Of a stretch of DNA of 64,000 bases, positions 1 to 8,357 are shown piece by piece. Origin of the DNA: Alphaproteobacteria bacterium. Its GTDB lineage: Bacteria; Pseudomonadota; Alphaproteobacteria; Sphingomonadales; Sphingomonadaceae. The DNA is taken from positions 3,664 to 67,663 of the forward strand of contig JBKHWO010000045.1 in NCBI GenBank assembly GCA_046566485.1, given 5' to 3'. The first letter of the stretch is position 1; each line of letters starts with the position of its first letter. Below the pieces are notes generated by a model. The model was not told the DNA's origin, made no database searches, and saw only the letters and a program-made list of their open reading frames with translations. Made by a program: the position numbers and the translations under genes.

Positions 1-99
1 GCGTTTTTCTGGGCGCTGCGCCGGGGCCAGTTCGAAGACCTCGACGGCGCGGCCAACCGGATTCTCTATGACGAAGAAGACGAGGGACCGCACGGATGA
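1..99 (+). CDS. ccoS: cbb3-type cytochrome oxidase maturation protein CcoS/FixS, 3' part (truncated by window start)
   Basis: Frame 1 reads AFFWALRRGQFEDLDGAANRILYDEEDEGPHG*, containing the FixS-type W...GQF.DLD..A.RIL motif. TGA at 97-99 overlaps the next ATG. Not in the ORF track. Confidence 0.85.
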   Translation, partial: AFFWALRRGQFEDLDGAANRILYDEEDEGPHG

Positions 100-326
100 T
101 TGGTGCGCAATTCGGCCTGGTCGCGCTGATTCCGGCGATGCTCAACCTGACCGTGGTGACCGGCGGCAACACCATAGCGGTGCAGATCTGCACCGGTGAC
201 GGGCAGGTCCATACCGTGCAGGTTCCGGTGGACGGCGGCTCCGGCGACAGCGGGACCAAAGGTCTGTGCTGCGCCAAGGGGTGCCATACCGGCGGCGGAC
301 GCAAGCGTCTGCTTGCCGATAATTGA
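96..326 (+). CDS. small hypothetical protein with hydrophobic N-terminus and Cys/His motif (ICTGDG...CCAKGCH), DUF2946-like
   Basis: ATGA-coupled to ccoS; 76 aa; conserved-looking Cys cluster. Confidence 0.6.
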   Translation: MIGAQFGLVALIPAMLNLTVVTGGNTIAVQICTGDGQVHTVQVPVDGGSGDSGTKGLCCAKGCHTGGGRKRLLADN

Positions 327-336
327 GCCCGCGCAA
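323..336 (+). promoter_or_regulatory. Fnr/FixK-type box upstream of hemN
   Basis: TTGAG-CCCG-CGCAA matches TTGA-N6-(T/G)CAA, centred about 42 bp before the hemN ATG. Confidence 0.55.
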
Positions 337-371
337 TGTTTTGGCCTCTAACGACGGGCACATAGCGGACC

Positions 372-1685
372 ATGTGGAATTACTACCCCGAACTGCTTGA
401 AACGCCGGTGCCGCGTTACACCAGCTTTCCGACTGCGGCCGAATTCGGTCCCGGGATCGGGGCAGAGGACGTGGAGGCGGCGCTGCAGCGCGCGCGCGGC
501 GATGTTTCGCTCTATCTTCATGTCCCGTTCTGCGAAAAGATCTGCTGGTACTGCGGCTGCAATACCGGCGCTTCCAACAAGACCCAGCGACTGGCGAGCT
601 ATCTCGACGCGTTGCACCGCGAGATCGCGATCACCGGGGTGCGCCTGGGCCGCGAGGTCAAGGTCCGGCGCATCGCCTTTGGCGGCGGCAGTCCCAATGC
701 GATCAGCCCGACCGATTTCGTGCGGCTGGTCGATGCTCTGACCTTGCACATGCCGCTCTATGACCCGGCCTGGTCGATCGAGCTTGATCCGCGCACGCTG
801 ACGGCGGACTGGTGCCAGGTGATGGGCGTGGTCGGGGTGAGCTATGCCAGCATGGGGGTGCAAACCTTCGATCCCGCGCTGCAGGCCGCGATTGGCCGGG
901 TCCAGCCCGACACGGAGATCGCCCGCGCGGTCGACATGCTGCGCACCAATGGGATCCGCTCGCTCAACTTCGACTTGATGTACGGCCTGCCGGGGCAGAC
1001 CCTGGCCATGCTGGAACAGACCCTGGAGCGCACGATCAAACTGGGCGCGGACCGGATCGCGCTGTTCGGTTATGCCCATGTCCCGCACCTGATCCCGCGT
1101 CAGCGCCGGATCGACGGCTCCAATCTGCCCGATCAGGCCCAGCGTTTTGCGATGGCCGCATTTGGCTATCGCCTGCTCACCTCTGCCGGTTATGTTCCGG
1201 TGGGCTTCGACCATTTCGCCAAGCCCGGCGATCCCATGGCGGGTGCGGTGGAGCAAGGCACGCTGCGGCGTAATTTCCAGGGCTTCACCGACGATCAGGC
1301 GCAGACCCTGCTGGGCCTCGGCGCCTCGGCCATCGGCTGTTTTCCGGACCTGCTGGTCCAGAACGAGAAGAACGCCGGGCGTTATCGGATGCTGCTGTCG
1401 CAGGACCGCCTGCCGGCTGCCCATGGCATCCGCCGCAGCGCCGACGACCAGCGCCGCGGGGCGGTGATCGAAGCGCTGCTCTGTCACGGCAAAGCCTGCC
1501 TCGACGCCGACCTTGCCACCGAAGCGGCGACGCGGCTGGCCCCCTTTACCCAGCGCGGACTGGCCCGGCTCGACCAGGGCATGCTGACCATCGCCCCTGG
1601 CGGGCTGCCCTACGCCCGCACGATTGCGGCAAGCTTCGATCCCTATCGCCAGGATTCGGCGCGGCGCTTCAGTTCGGCGGTCTAA
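372..1685 (+). CDS. hemN: oxygen-independent coproporphyrinogen III oxidase (radical SAM)
   Basis: PRYTSFPTA start, LYLHVPFC, CxxxCxxC (CEKICWYC), RRNFQG motif; follows ccoS. Confidence 0.95.
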   Translation: MWNYYPELLETPVPRYTSFPTAAEFGPGIGAEDVEAALQRARGDVSLYLHVPFCEKICWYCGCNTGASNKTQRLASYLDALHREIAITGVRLGREVKVRRIAFGGGSPNAISPTDFVRLVDALTLHMPLYDPAWSIELDPRTLTADWCQVMGVVGVSYASMGVQTFDPALQAAIGRVQPDTEIARAVDMLRTNGIRSLNFDLMYGLPGQTLAMLEQTLERTIKLGADRIALFGYAHVPHLIPRQRRIDGSNLPDQAQRFAMAAFGYRLLTSAGYVPVGFDHFAKPGDPMAGAVEQGTLRRNFQGFTDDQAQTLLGLGASAIGCFPDLLVQNEKNAGRYRMLLSQDRLPAAHGIRRSADDQRRGAVIEALLCHGKACLDADLATEAATRLAPFTQRGLARLDQGMLTIAPGGLPYARTIAASFDPYRQDSARRFSSAV

Positions 1686-1717
1686 GCTGCCGGAGCGCGT
1701 TTGCTCCCCAACCACAT

Positions 1718-1752
1718 AAAAAAGGAGCGGCCGTCACGAGGGTGGCCGCTCC
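1718..1752 (-). terminator. rho-independent terminator, minus-strand polarity
   Basis: 9-bp stem GGAGCGGCC/GGCCGCTCC with A6 on its left, i.e. U6 tail on the minus strand. Confidence 0.65.
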
Positions 1753-1803
1753 AGTTGGGGAGAATTGCTGAGGACGGATTGGCAGACGGATGACTGCCGC
1801 TCC

Positions 1804-1817
1804 TTGACCGTGATCAA
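1804..1817. promoter_or_regulatory. Fnr/FixK box
   Basis: TTGAC-CGTG-ATCAA, one mismatch from TTGAT-N4-ATCAA. Confidence 0.65.
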
Positions 1818-1907
1818 ACACTGCAAAAATCCGCCACCACGACATGACGAAGATGGGCTTGCGTCTCTTAACCGCTCGGTTAAACGGGGCGGGAAGGAGA
1901 CTTTGCC

Positions 1908-2663
1908 ATGGACCTGTCGCTATCCGGCCGGATTGCTCTGATCACCGGCGCCTCATCTGGTTTTGGCGCCCATTTCGCCCGGCTGTTCGTGCGCGAGGGT
2001 GCGCGCGTGGTGATCGGCGCGCGCCGGGTCGACCGCATCGCGGCGCTGGCCGATGAGTTGGGGGATGCCGCTCTGGCCGTGCCAATGGACGTGACCGACG
2101 AAGCCTCGATCGTCGCGGCCTATGATGCGGCGGAGGCCAAGTTTGGCACTGTCGATACGGTCGTCGCCAATGCCGGGGTGTCCGCTGATGGGCGCTCGAC
2201 CGAAGTGACAGCGGCCGACCTGGCTGGTCTGGTGGCGACCAATTTCACCGGGGTCTACCTGACCGCGCGCGAAGGGGCGAAACGGATGATCGCGGCCGGG
2301 TTCAAGGACAGCGAACGCGGCCGGATCGTGCTGATCGGTTCGATCACCGCAGAACTGACCGCGCAGGGTGACGCGGCCTATGCCGCGAGCAAGGCCGGGG
2401 TCGCACACCTGGGCCGCCAGTTCGCGCGCGAATGGGTGCGCCAGGGGATCAACGTCAACACCATCCAGCCCGGCTATATCCAGACCGAGATCGCCGGGGA
2501 CTGGTTCCAGACCGAAGGTGGCCAGCGCCAGATCGCGGCGTTCCATCGCCGCCGGATGTGCCCGATCGAGGCGCTCGACGCGCCGCTGGTGTTCCTCTGC
2601 TCCAATGCCGCGCGCCATGTCACCGGCGCCACGCTGACGATTGATGACGGACAGGTGCTGTGA
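1908..2663 (+). CDS. SDR family oxidoreductase
   Basis: TGASSGFG NAD-binding motif, ANAG, YxxxK (YAASK); RBS AAGGAG. Confidence 0.92.
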   Translation: MDLSLSGRIALITGASSGFGAHFARLFVREGARVVIGARRVDRIAALADELGDAALAVPMDVTDEASIVAAYDAAEAKFGTVDTVVANAGVSADGRSTEVTAADLAGLVATNFTGVYLTAREGAKRMIAAGFKDSERGRIVLIGSITAELTAQGDAAYAASKAGVAHLGRQFAREWVRQGINVNTIQPGYIQTEIAGDWFQTEGGQRQIAAFHRRRMCPIEALDAPLVFLCSNAARHVTGATLTIDDGQVL

Positions 2664-4171
2664 TGAACGATAATACCCCCGTCATCATCGGCGTTGGCCA
2701 GTATTCCGAACGAGTGGGCGAACCCGGCTATGCCGAGATGAGCCACATGGACCTGGGCGGCGCGGCGCTGAAGGCGGCCTTTGCCGACGCCCAGGCGGCG
2801 CAGGACCTGGGCCCGGCGCTGGATACTCTGGCTGCGATCCGCCAGTTCGAGATTTCGGCGACGCGTTATTCCGCGCCGTTCGGCCACGCCAACAACACCC
2901 CGCGCGCCATTGCCAGCCGCGCCGGCGCCAATCCGGCCCGCGCGATCCTGGAAGTGGTCGGCGGGCAGGGGCCGCAGCGGCTGGTCGGCGAACTCGCCGC
3001 AGAGATTGCCGCGGGCCGCTCCAAGATGGCCGCCGTGGTTGGCTCCGAAGCGATTTCGACCATGCGCGCGCTGCTAAGCCGGGGTGAAAAACGCGACTGG
3101 TCGGAAGAGCACGCGGGCAGCCTGGAAGATCGCGGGCCGGGCTATGACGGCGTGGTCGATCGCACCTCGATCAAGCACGGGGTCGGTGCGCCAATTGCCG
3201 GCTATGCCCTGGCCGAGAACGTGCGGCGCGAGCGGCTGGGCCTGTCGCTCGACGCTTACCGGCTGGAGATCGGCAAGCTGTTTGCGCCTTTCACCCAGGT
3301 CGCCGCCGCCAACCCGCACAGCGCCGCGCCGACCGCGCGCAGTGCTGAGGAACTGGCCACCCTGACCGAGCGCAACCGCCTGGTCGCCGAACCCTATGGA
3401 CGGCTGGTCGTGGCCCGCGATCAGGTCAACCAGGGCGGGGCAATTGTCATCGCCAGCGTTAGCGAAGCGCGCCGTCTGGGCGTTCCGGAAAGCCGCTGGG
3501 TGCACATCCACGGCGTTGCCGACTGCGCCGAGCCGTCGATGCTCAGCCGCGGCAGTCTGGAGAAGAGTCCGGCGGCGGTTGCAGCAATCTCAACCGCACT
3601 TGAGGTTTCCGGAAAAGACTGGGAAAACCTAGGCGCGATCGATCTTTACTCGTGCTTTGCAATCCCGGTTTTCAACCTGCTCGACGCCTTCGGGCTCGAC
3701 CGCGACGACCCGCGTGGCTGGACTCTGACCGGGGGCTTGCCGTTCTTTGGCGGGGCCGGAAACAACTATTCCGCGCACGGAATCGCCGAGGCGGTGCAGC
3801 GCTGCCGCGCCGCTCCCGGCAGCTATGCGCTGGTCGGCGCCAACGGCGGGATCATGAGCAAATATGCCGCCGGGGTCTATTCGACCGAGGCTGCCGACTG
3901 GAGCGAAAGCCGCTGGCACAGCCTCGACAAGATCAAGCCGGAGTTCGAGGTCCTTGACCGCCATGAAGGCGAAGCCGTGGCCGAGAGCTTTACGATCCAG
4001 CCGGGCAAGGATGGCGAGACTGCGACCCTCGTCGCGCGGGTGGGCCATGCCCGGGTGCTGGCCAACAGCAATGATCCGGCGATCTGTGCCGAGCTGCGCG
4101 GCGGCAAGGTCCATGGGCGCCGGGTCGAGATCGAACCGGGCGAGGGCGAGGTTAACCGGTTCCGCTTCTAA
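2660..4171 (+). CDS. thiolase-like acetyl-CoA acetyltransferase family protein
   Basis: PVIIGVGQ start, DLYSCF, LTLTGGLPFFGGAGNNY, ANGG motifs; overlaps the SDR stop. Confidence 0.82.
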   Translation: MMNDNTPVIIGVGQYSERVGEPGYAEMSHMDLGGAALKAAFADAQAAQDLGPALDTLAAIRQFEISATRYSAPFGHANNTPRAIASRAGANPARAILEVVGGQGPQRLVGELAAEIAAGRSKMAAVVGSEAISTMRALLSRGEKRDWSEEHAGSLEDRGPGYDGVVDRTSIKHGVGAPIAGYALAENVRRERLGLSLDAYRLEIGKLFAPFTQVAAANPHSAAPTARSAEELATLTERNRLVAEPYGRLVVARDQVNQGGAIVIASVSEARRLGVPESRWVHIHGVADCAEPSMLSRGSLEKSPAAVAAISTALEVSGKDWENLGAIDLYSCFAIPVFNLLDAFGLDRDDPRGWTLTGGLPFFGGAGNNYSAHGIAEAVQRCRAAPGSYALVGANGGIMSKYAAGVYSTEAADWSESRWHSLDKIKPEFEVLDRHEGEAVAESFTIQPGKDGETATLVARVGHARVLANSNDPAICAELRGGKVHGRRVEIEPGEGEVNRFRF

Positions 4172-4173
4172 AC

Positions 4174-4259
4174 CGTCACCCCGGACTTGATCCGGGGTCC
4201 AGACTTCTCCGGCGCCCTTGTGTAAGGCGGACCGCGCCCCGGCCTTTGTAGGGGTGACA
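4174..4259. repeat. CGTC-tagged REP-like doublet (degenerate)
   Basis: CGTCACCCCGGACTTGATCCGGGGTCC ... CCCCGGCCTTTGTAGGGGTGAC; ends GTCACCCC/GGGGTGAC are complementary. Confidence 0.7.
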
Positions 4260-4270
4260 GTCTTTCCCGA

Positions 4271-4397
4271 ACCGTTCGTGGCGAGGAGGGACCGAAATCG
4301 CAGATTGAGGGTCCGTCTCGAACCACCGCGTTCAGGGCTGTCCTTCGAGATGGCCCTTCTGCCTGCGGCTTCAGGGCCTCCTCAGGACGAACGGAGT
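4271..4397. repeat. inverted pair of CCGTTCGTCCTGAGGAG...TCTCGAAGG-type palindromic repeats
   Basis: CCGTTCGTGGCGAGGAGG..CCGTCTCGAACC on +, and CCGTTCGTCCTGAGGAGG..CCATCTCGAAGG on the minus strand. Confidence 0.65.
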
Positions 4398-4413
4398 TGG
4401 GGTCTGAGTCGCT

Positions 4414-6450
4414 CTACGTCCCCACCAGCGCGGTCAGCGTGTCCACGGTCAGTACCTGCGGCAATTGCCGGGGCGCGCCGCCGCCTGCCGGGTACCACAG
4501 GTAAAGCGGCACGCCTGCCGCGCCTTGCGCGGTGAGGTAGCGGGTGATCGCCGGGTCGCGCCGGGTCCAGTCGCCGCGCAGCACGACCACGCCCGCCTGC
4601 TTGAAGGCGGCGGCCGTTTCCGCGCGTTCGATCGCAGCATCTTCGTTGACCTTGCAGGTCAGGCACCAGTCGGCCGTCATATAGACGAACACCGGCTTGC
4701 CGCTCGCCCGGGCCGTGGTCAGCGCTTGCTCGCTGAATGGCGTGCTGGGCAGGATGGAACTGGTCTCGGCCGCGCCTTCACGGACCATGCCGGGGAGACC
4801 CGCCGCACCGAACAGCAGGACCGCGCCCAGCATCGCCCACCACCGCCCACCGGCAGCCCGGCCGTGATGCTGGCGGCGGCCGAGCAGGACCAGTAGCGCG
4901 ATGACGATCAGGGCGAGCAGTCCGGCGGAAAGAGCAAAACCTCCCCCGGCGAGGCGGCTCGCCAGCCACAGCAGGGCCAGTGCGGTCAGCCCCATCGGCA
5001 CGGCCATGGCCTTGCGGAACCACACCATCCACGCGCCCGGACGCGGCAGCATGGCGCGCAGGCGCGGGACATAGGCGATGGCCAGGAACGGCAGGGCGAG
5101 GCCCAGGCCCAACATGGCGAACAGCGCCAGTGCTTCGGGCACCGGCAGCAGCAAGGCTGCGCCCATCGCGGCGGCCATGAACGGTCCGGTACAGGGCGTG
5201 GCGGCAAAGGCGGCGAGCAGCCCGGTGGCAAAAGCGCCTTGCGGCGATCCGGCACTGGCAAAGCCGGGCACGGCGAATTCGAACAGTCCAAGCAGGTTCG
5301 CAGTAATCGCCACCGCGAGCAGCAGGAGGCCGACAACGACCAGCGGCTCCTGCAACTGGAACGCCCAGCCAACTTCCTGCCCTGCGGCGCGCAAGGCCAG
5401 CAGCAGGACGCCCAGCGCCAGGCAGGCGAGAACGACACCGGCGGTATAGGCCAGCCCTTCGGCCCGGGCATGGCGCTCGCTTTCGCCGGCGCGGGCCAGG
5501 CTCAGCGCTTTCAGCGAAAGGATCGGGAAGACGCAAGGCATGACGTTGAGCAGCAGGCCCCCGGCGAGTGCCGAGAGCAGCAGCACCCACAGCGCGGGGG
5601 TTGCCGCGCTACCAGTGGACAGCGGGGTTCCGCCTGCGGCCACGGCGCCGCGCTCTGCCTCCAGCGTCACGCCGTTGCCCGCCGCGTCAAAGCGCAGCAC
5701 AGCGCTCAGCCGCTGCGGGTCCAGCGGCTCGAACTTGGCACGCGGCAGTTCGACCACCAGCTTGTCGCCGTCACGGAAAAAGGCCTGCGGGGCGGCGTAG
5801 TCGACCACGCGGTGCTTGCCCAGAAACAGGTGCGGGCGCTCCAGCGCAACGGCGGCGGGCAGCGGGATCGCGATCCGCACCTTGCCGCCTTCGATGGCAA
5901 AAGTCGCCTTGGCACCCAGCGGAGCGGGCAGGGCGGCGCGCCATTGGTCAAAGCGGGGGTCAGGAGCGCCCGCCGTGCCAACCGTGACTTCGGCGGAAAG
6001 ATCAGCCTGTTCGGGCACGCAGACCTGATCGGTGCAGGCCAGCCAGTCGAGCCGGACGCGGACCGGCAGGCGCGTTCCGGGCGCGGCATTGGCTGGCAAG
6101 GCCAAGGTGGTCAGAACGGCATATTCATGTTCGTAGACATGGTTCATCAGGCCGCCGACGATCAGCGTTGCCGGAACCGGATAGGCCAGGTCTCCAGCCT
6201 TTGCTCCGGCGGGCAGGGTCCAGTTGGGGGAAAGCCCCAGTCCCGCATCGCCGGGATTGGACCAATAGCCGTGCCAGCCTTTGTCGGGCGTCATCACGAA
6301 GGCCAGTTGAACCGTCCCGCCCGGTGCGGCGGGCCCTTCGACCACCAGCGCGGCCTTGATATGGGTCGGCGCGGCCAGGGCCGGAGCAGCCAGCAAAAGC
6401 GCGCAAAGCTGCAACAGCAGTGTAACAAGGCGGCGGTAGCTGCGGGCCAC
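4414..6450 (-). CDS. dsbD: DsbD-family thiol:disulfide interchange protein (N-terminal DsbC-like domain, TM domain, thioredoxin domain)
   Basis: WHGYWSNPGDAG, LNVMPCVFPIL, ATPCTGPF, TADWCLTCKVN motifs. Confidence 0.88.
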   Translation of the reverse strand: MARSYRRLVTLLLQLCALLLAAPALAAPTHIKAALVVEGPAAPGGTVQLAFVMTPDKGWHGYWSNPGDAGLGLSPNWTLPAGAKAGDLAYPVPATLIVGGLMNHVYEHEYAVLTTLALPANAAPGTRLPVRVRLDWLACTDQVCVPEQADLSAEVTVGTAGAPDPRFDQWRAALPAPLGAKATFAIEGGKVRIAIPLPAAVALERPHLFLGKHRVVDYAAPQAFFRDGDKLVVELPRAKFEPLDPQRLSAVLRFDAAGNGVTLEAERGAVAAGGTPLSTGSAATPALWVLLLSALAGGLLLNVMPCVFPILSLKALSLARAGESERHARAEGLAYTAGVVLACLALGVLLLALRAAGQEVGWAFQLQEPLVVVGLLLLAVAITANLLGLFEFAVPGFASAGSPQGAFATGLLAAFAATPCTGPFMAAAMGAALLLPVPEALALFAMLGLGLALPFLAIAYVPRLRAMLPRPGAWMVWFRKAMAVPMGLTALALLWLASRLAGGGFALSAGLLALIVIALLVLLGRRQHHGRAAGGRWWAMLGAVLLFGAAGLPGMVREGAAETSSILPSTPFSEQALTTARASGKPVFVYMTADWCLTCKVNEDAAIERAETAAAFKQAGVVVLRGDWTRRDPAITRYLTAQGAAGVPLYLWYPAGGGAPRQLPQVLTVDTLTALVGT

Positions 6451-6545
6451 TTTCGGTTAACTCCTTTGTTCTGCCTCTTGCACTCAGCCCGGGGCAGGGG
6501 CAACAGGCTGTTCTTCGTAACCCGTACCTATTTTAGGGAAGTTCC

Positions 6546-8237
6546 ATGCGCCGCATCGTTGCCCCTCTTGCCGTTTCGCTTGCTCTTGCCCTGGCCGCTG
6601 GCGCTCCCGCCGCAGCCGAACCCGCGCAGAACCCGGCGCAGCCTGCGGCGGAAGTACCTGCTGCCGCCCCGGCCAATCCGCCGCGCCTGATCGTTGCGGT
6701 TTCGATCGACCAGTTCAGCGCCGATACCTTCGCCAAGTTCCGCCAGCACTACAGCGGCGGTTTCCTGCGTCTGACAAATGGCGTGGTATTCCCCTCGGGC
6801 TATCAGTCGCACGCCGCGACCGAAACTTGCCCCGGCCATTCGACCCTGCTGACCGGGGTTCATCCGGCGCGCAACGGGATCATCGCCAATTCCTGGTTCG
6901 AACCCGATGGCCCGCGCGGCACGACCTCGATCTATTGCGCCGAAGATGCGACCGACCCGGCCAGCTCAGCGCGCAATCCGGTTGTCTCGGCCCGCAATCT
7001 CAAGGTGCCGACGCTGGGTGAGATGATGAAAAACGTCAACGCCGCGACCCGCAACGTCGCGGTTTCGGCCAAGGACCGCGCCGTGATGATGATGGGCGGG
7101 CACAAGATCGACGCCGCCTGGTGGTGGAAGGGCGGGTCCTTCGTCAGTTTCAAGGATCGCGCGGCTACTCCCGCCGTCCAGGCCGTCAACACCAAGGCTG
7201 CGGCGACGATCAAGGCCGGGGCCAAGGCCCTGCCGATCCCGGTCTGGTGCCAGTCGTCCGACTATGCTGTCCCGGTTGGCAAGACCACGCTGGGCACCGG
7301 CCGGTTCGCGCTGGAAGCGGGCAAGGAAAACCAATTCCGCGTCTCGCCGCGGATGGATGCCGCCACGGTCGATCTGGCCATCGGCCTGGCCGAGGAAATG
7401 AAGCTGGGCAAGGGTCCGGCGACCGACCTGCTCTCGGTCTCGCTGTCCGCGACCGACTATGTCGGCCATGCCACCGGGGTTTCGGGATCGGAAATGTGCA
7501 TCCTGCAGAACCAGCTCGATCAGGATCTGGGCCGGCTGTTCAAGTACCTCGACGGCAAGGGGATCGATTACCTGGTCGTGCTGACTGCTGACCACGGCGG
7601 GCTCGACATGCCCGAGCGGATGGACCAGCAGGCCTATCCCAAGGCGCAGCGCGTCAACGTGGCACTGACCCCGGACAACCTGTCCAAGACCGTCGCGGCG
7701 AAGACCGGCATTGCGGTCGACGGACCGCTGGTCTTCGGCGATGCGCCGATGGGCGACCTCTATGTCAGCCGCAAGCTTGACGCGGCGCAGCGCGCCAAGG
7801 TGATCGCCGCGCTGGTCGAAACGCTGAAGGCCAGCCCGCAGGTCGCCGATGCCTTCACCGGCGAGGACCTGGCTGCCGTGCCGGTGCCCAGCGGCGATCC
7901 GCAGGACTGGACGCTGAAGCAGCGCGCCCGCGCTTCGTACCAGGCGGGTCGTTCGGGCGACGTGGTGCTGATCCTGGGGCGGACCGTGACTCCGATCCCC
8001 GAGCCGATGCCCGGTGCCTATGTCGCCACCCACGGCAGCGCGTTCGACTATGACCGCCGCGTGCCGATCCTGTTCTGGCGCAAGGGCCTGCGCTCGTTCG
8101 AGCAGCCGCAGCCGGTCGAGACGGTCGATATCGCGCCGACCCTGGCGGCGGTGCTGGGCATGAAGGTGCCGGACGGAACCTTCGACGGCCGCTGCCTCGA
8201 TCTTGATGGCGGGGCGGGGGACACCTGCGCCAAGTAG
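6546..8237 (+). CDS. secreted alkaline phosphatase-superfamily enzyme (PhoK/PafA-like, Thr nucleophile)
   Basis: Signal peptide; SIDQF, TETCPGHSTLLTG, DYVGH, TADHG, THGS motifs. Confidence 0.88.
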   Translation: MRRIVAPLAVSLALALAAGAPAAAEPAQNPAQPAAEVPAAAPANPPRLIVAVSIDQFSADTFAKFRQHYSGGFLRLTNGVVFPSGYQSHAATETCPGHSTLLTGVHPARNGIIANSWFEPDGPRGTTSIYCAEDATDPASSARNPVVSARNLKVPTLGEMMKNVNAATRNVAVSAKDRAVMMMGGHKIDAAWWWKGGSFVSFKDRAATPAVQAVNTKAAATIKAGAKALPIPVWCQSSDYAVPVGKTTLGTGRFALEAGKENQFRVSPRMDAATVDLAIGLAEEMKLGKGPATDLLSVSLSATDYVGHATGVSGSEMCILQNQLDQDLGRLFKYLDGKGIDYLVVLTADHGGLDMPERMDQQAYPKAQRVNVALTPDNLSKTVAAKTGIAVDGPLVFGDAPMGDLYVSRKLDAAQRAKVIAALVETLKASPQVADAFTGEDLAAVPVPSGDPQDWTLKQRARASYQAGRSGDVVLILGRTVTPIPEPMPGAYVATHGSAFDYDRRVPILFWRKGLRSFEQPQPVETVDIAPTLAAVLGMKVPDGTFDGRCLDLDGGAGDTCAK

Positions 8238-8357
8238 GCCCGCCTGACCTTTTGGGCCTTCGACAAGGCCCGGCAGAGCGGGTAACAGGGGCGAAGCGAT
8301 TCCTGACAACCTGCCGTGCCGAGCCTGGCGACGCACGGTGCATAGCTGGCAAGAGAG

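Noticed and set aside
348-1715. 455-aa minus-strand ORF, and similar long antisense ORFs over uvrB, the ACADs, serC, serA, ctaD and thrC
   Set aside because: Each lies opposite a well-supported gene and reflects codon bias.
1868-1883. CtrA binding site
   Set aside because: TTAA half-sites are spaced by 8 nt, not the 7 nt of the CtrA consensus; kept only as a generic palindrome.
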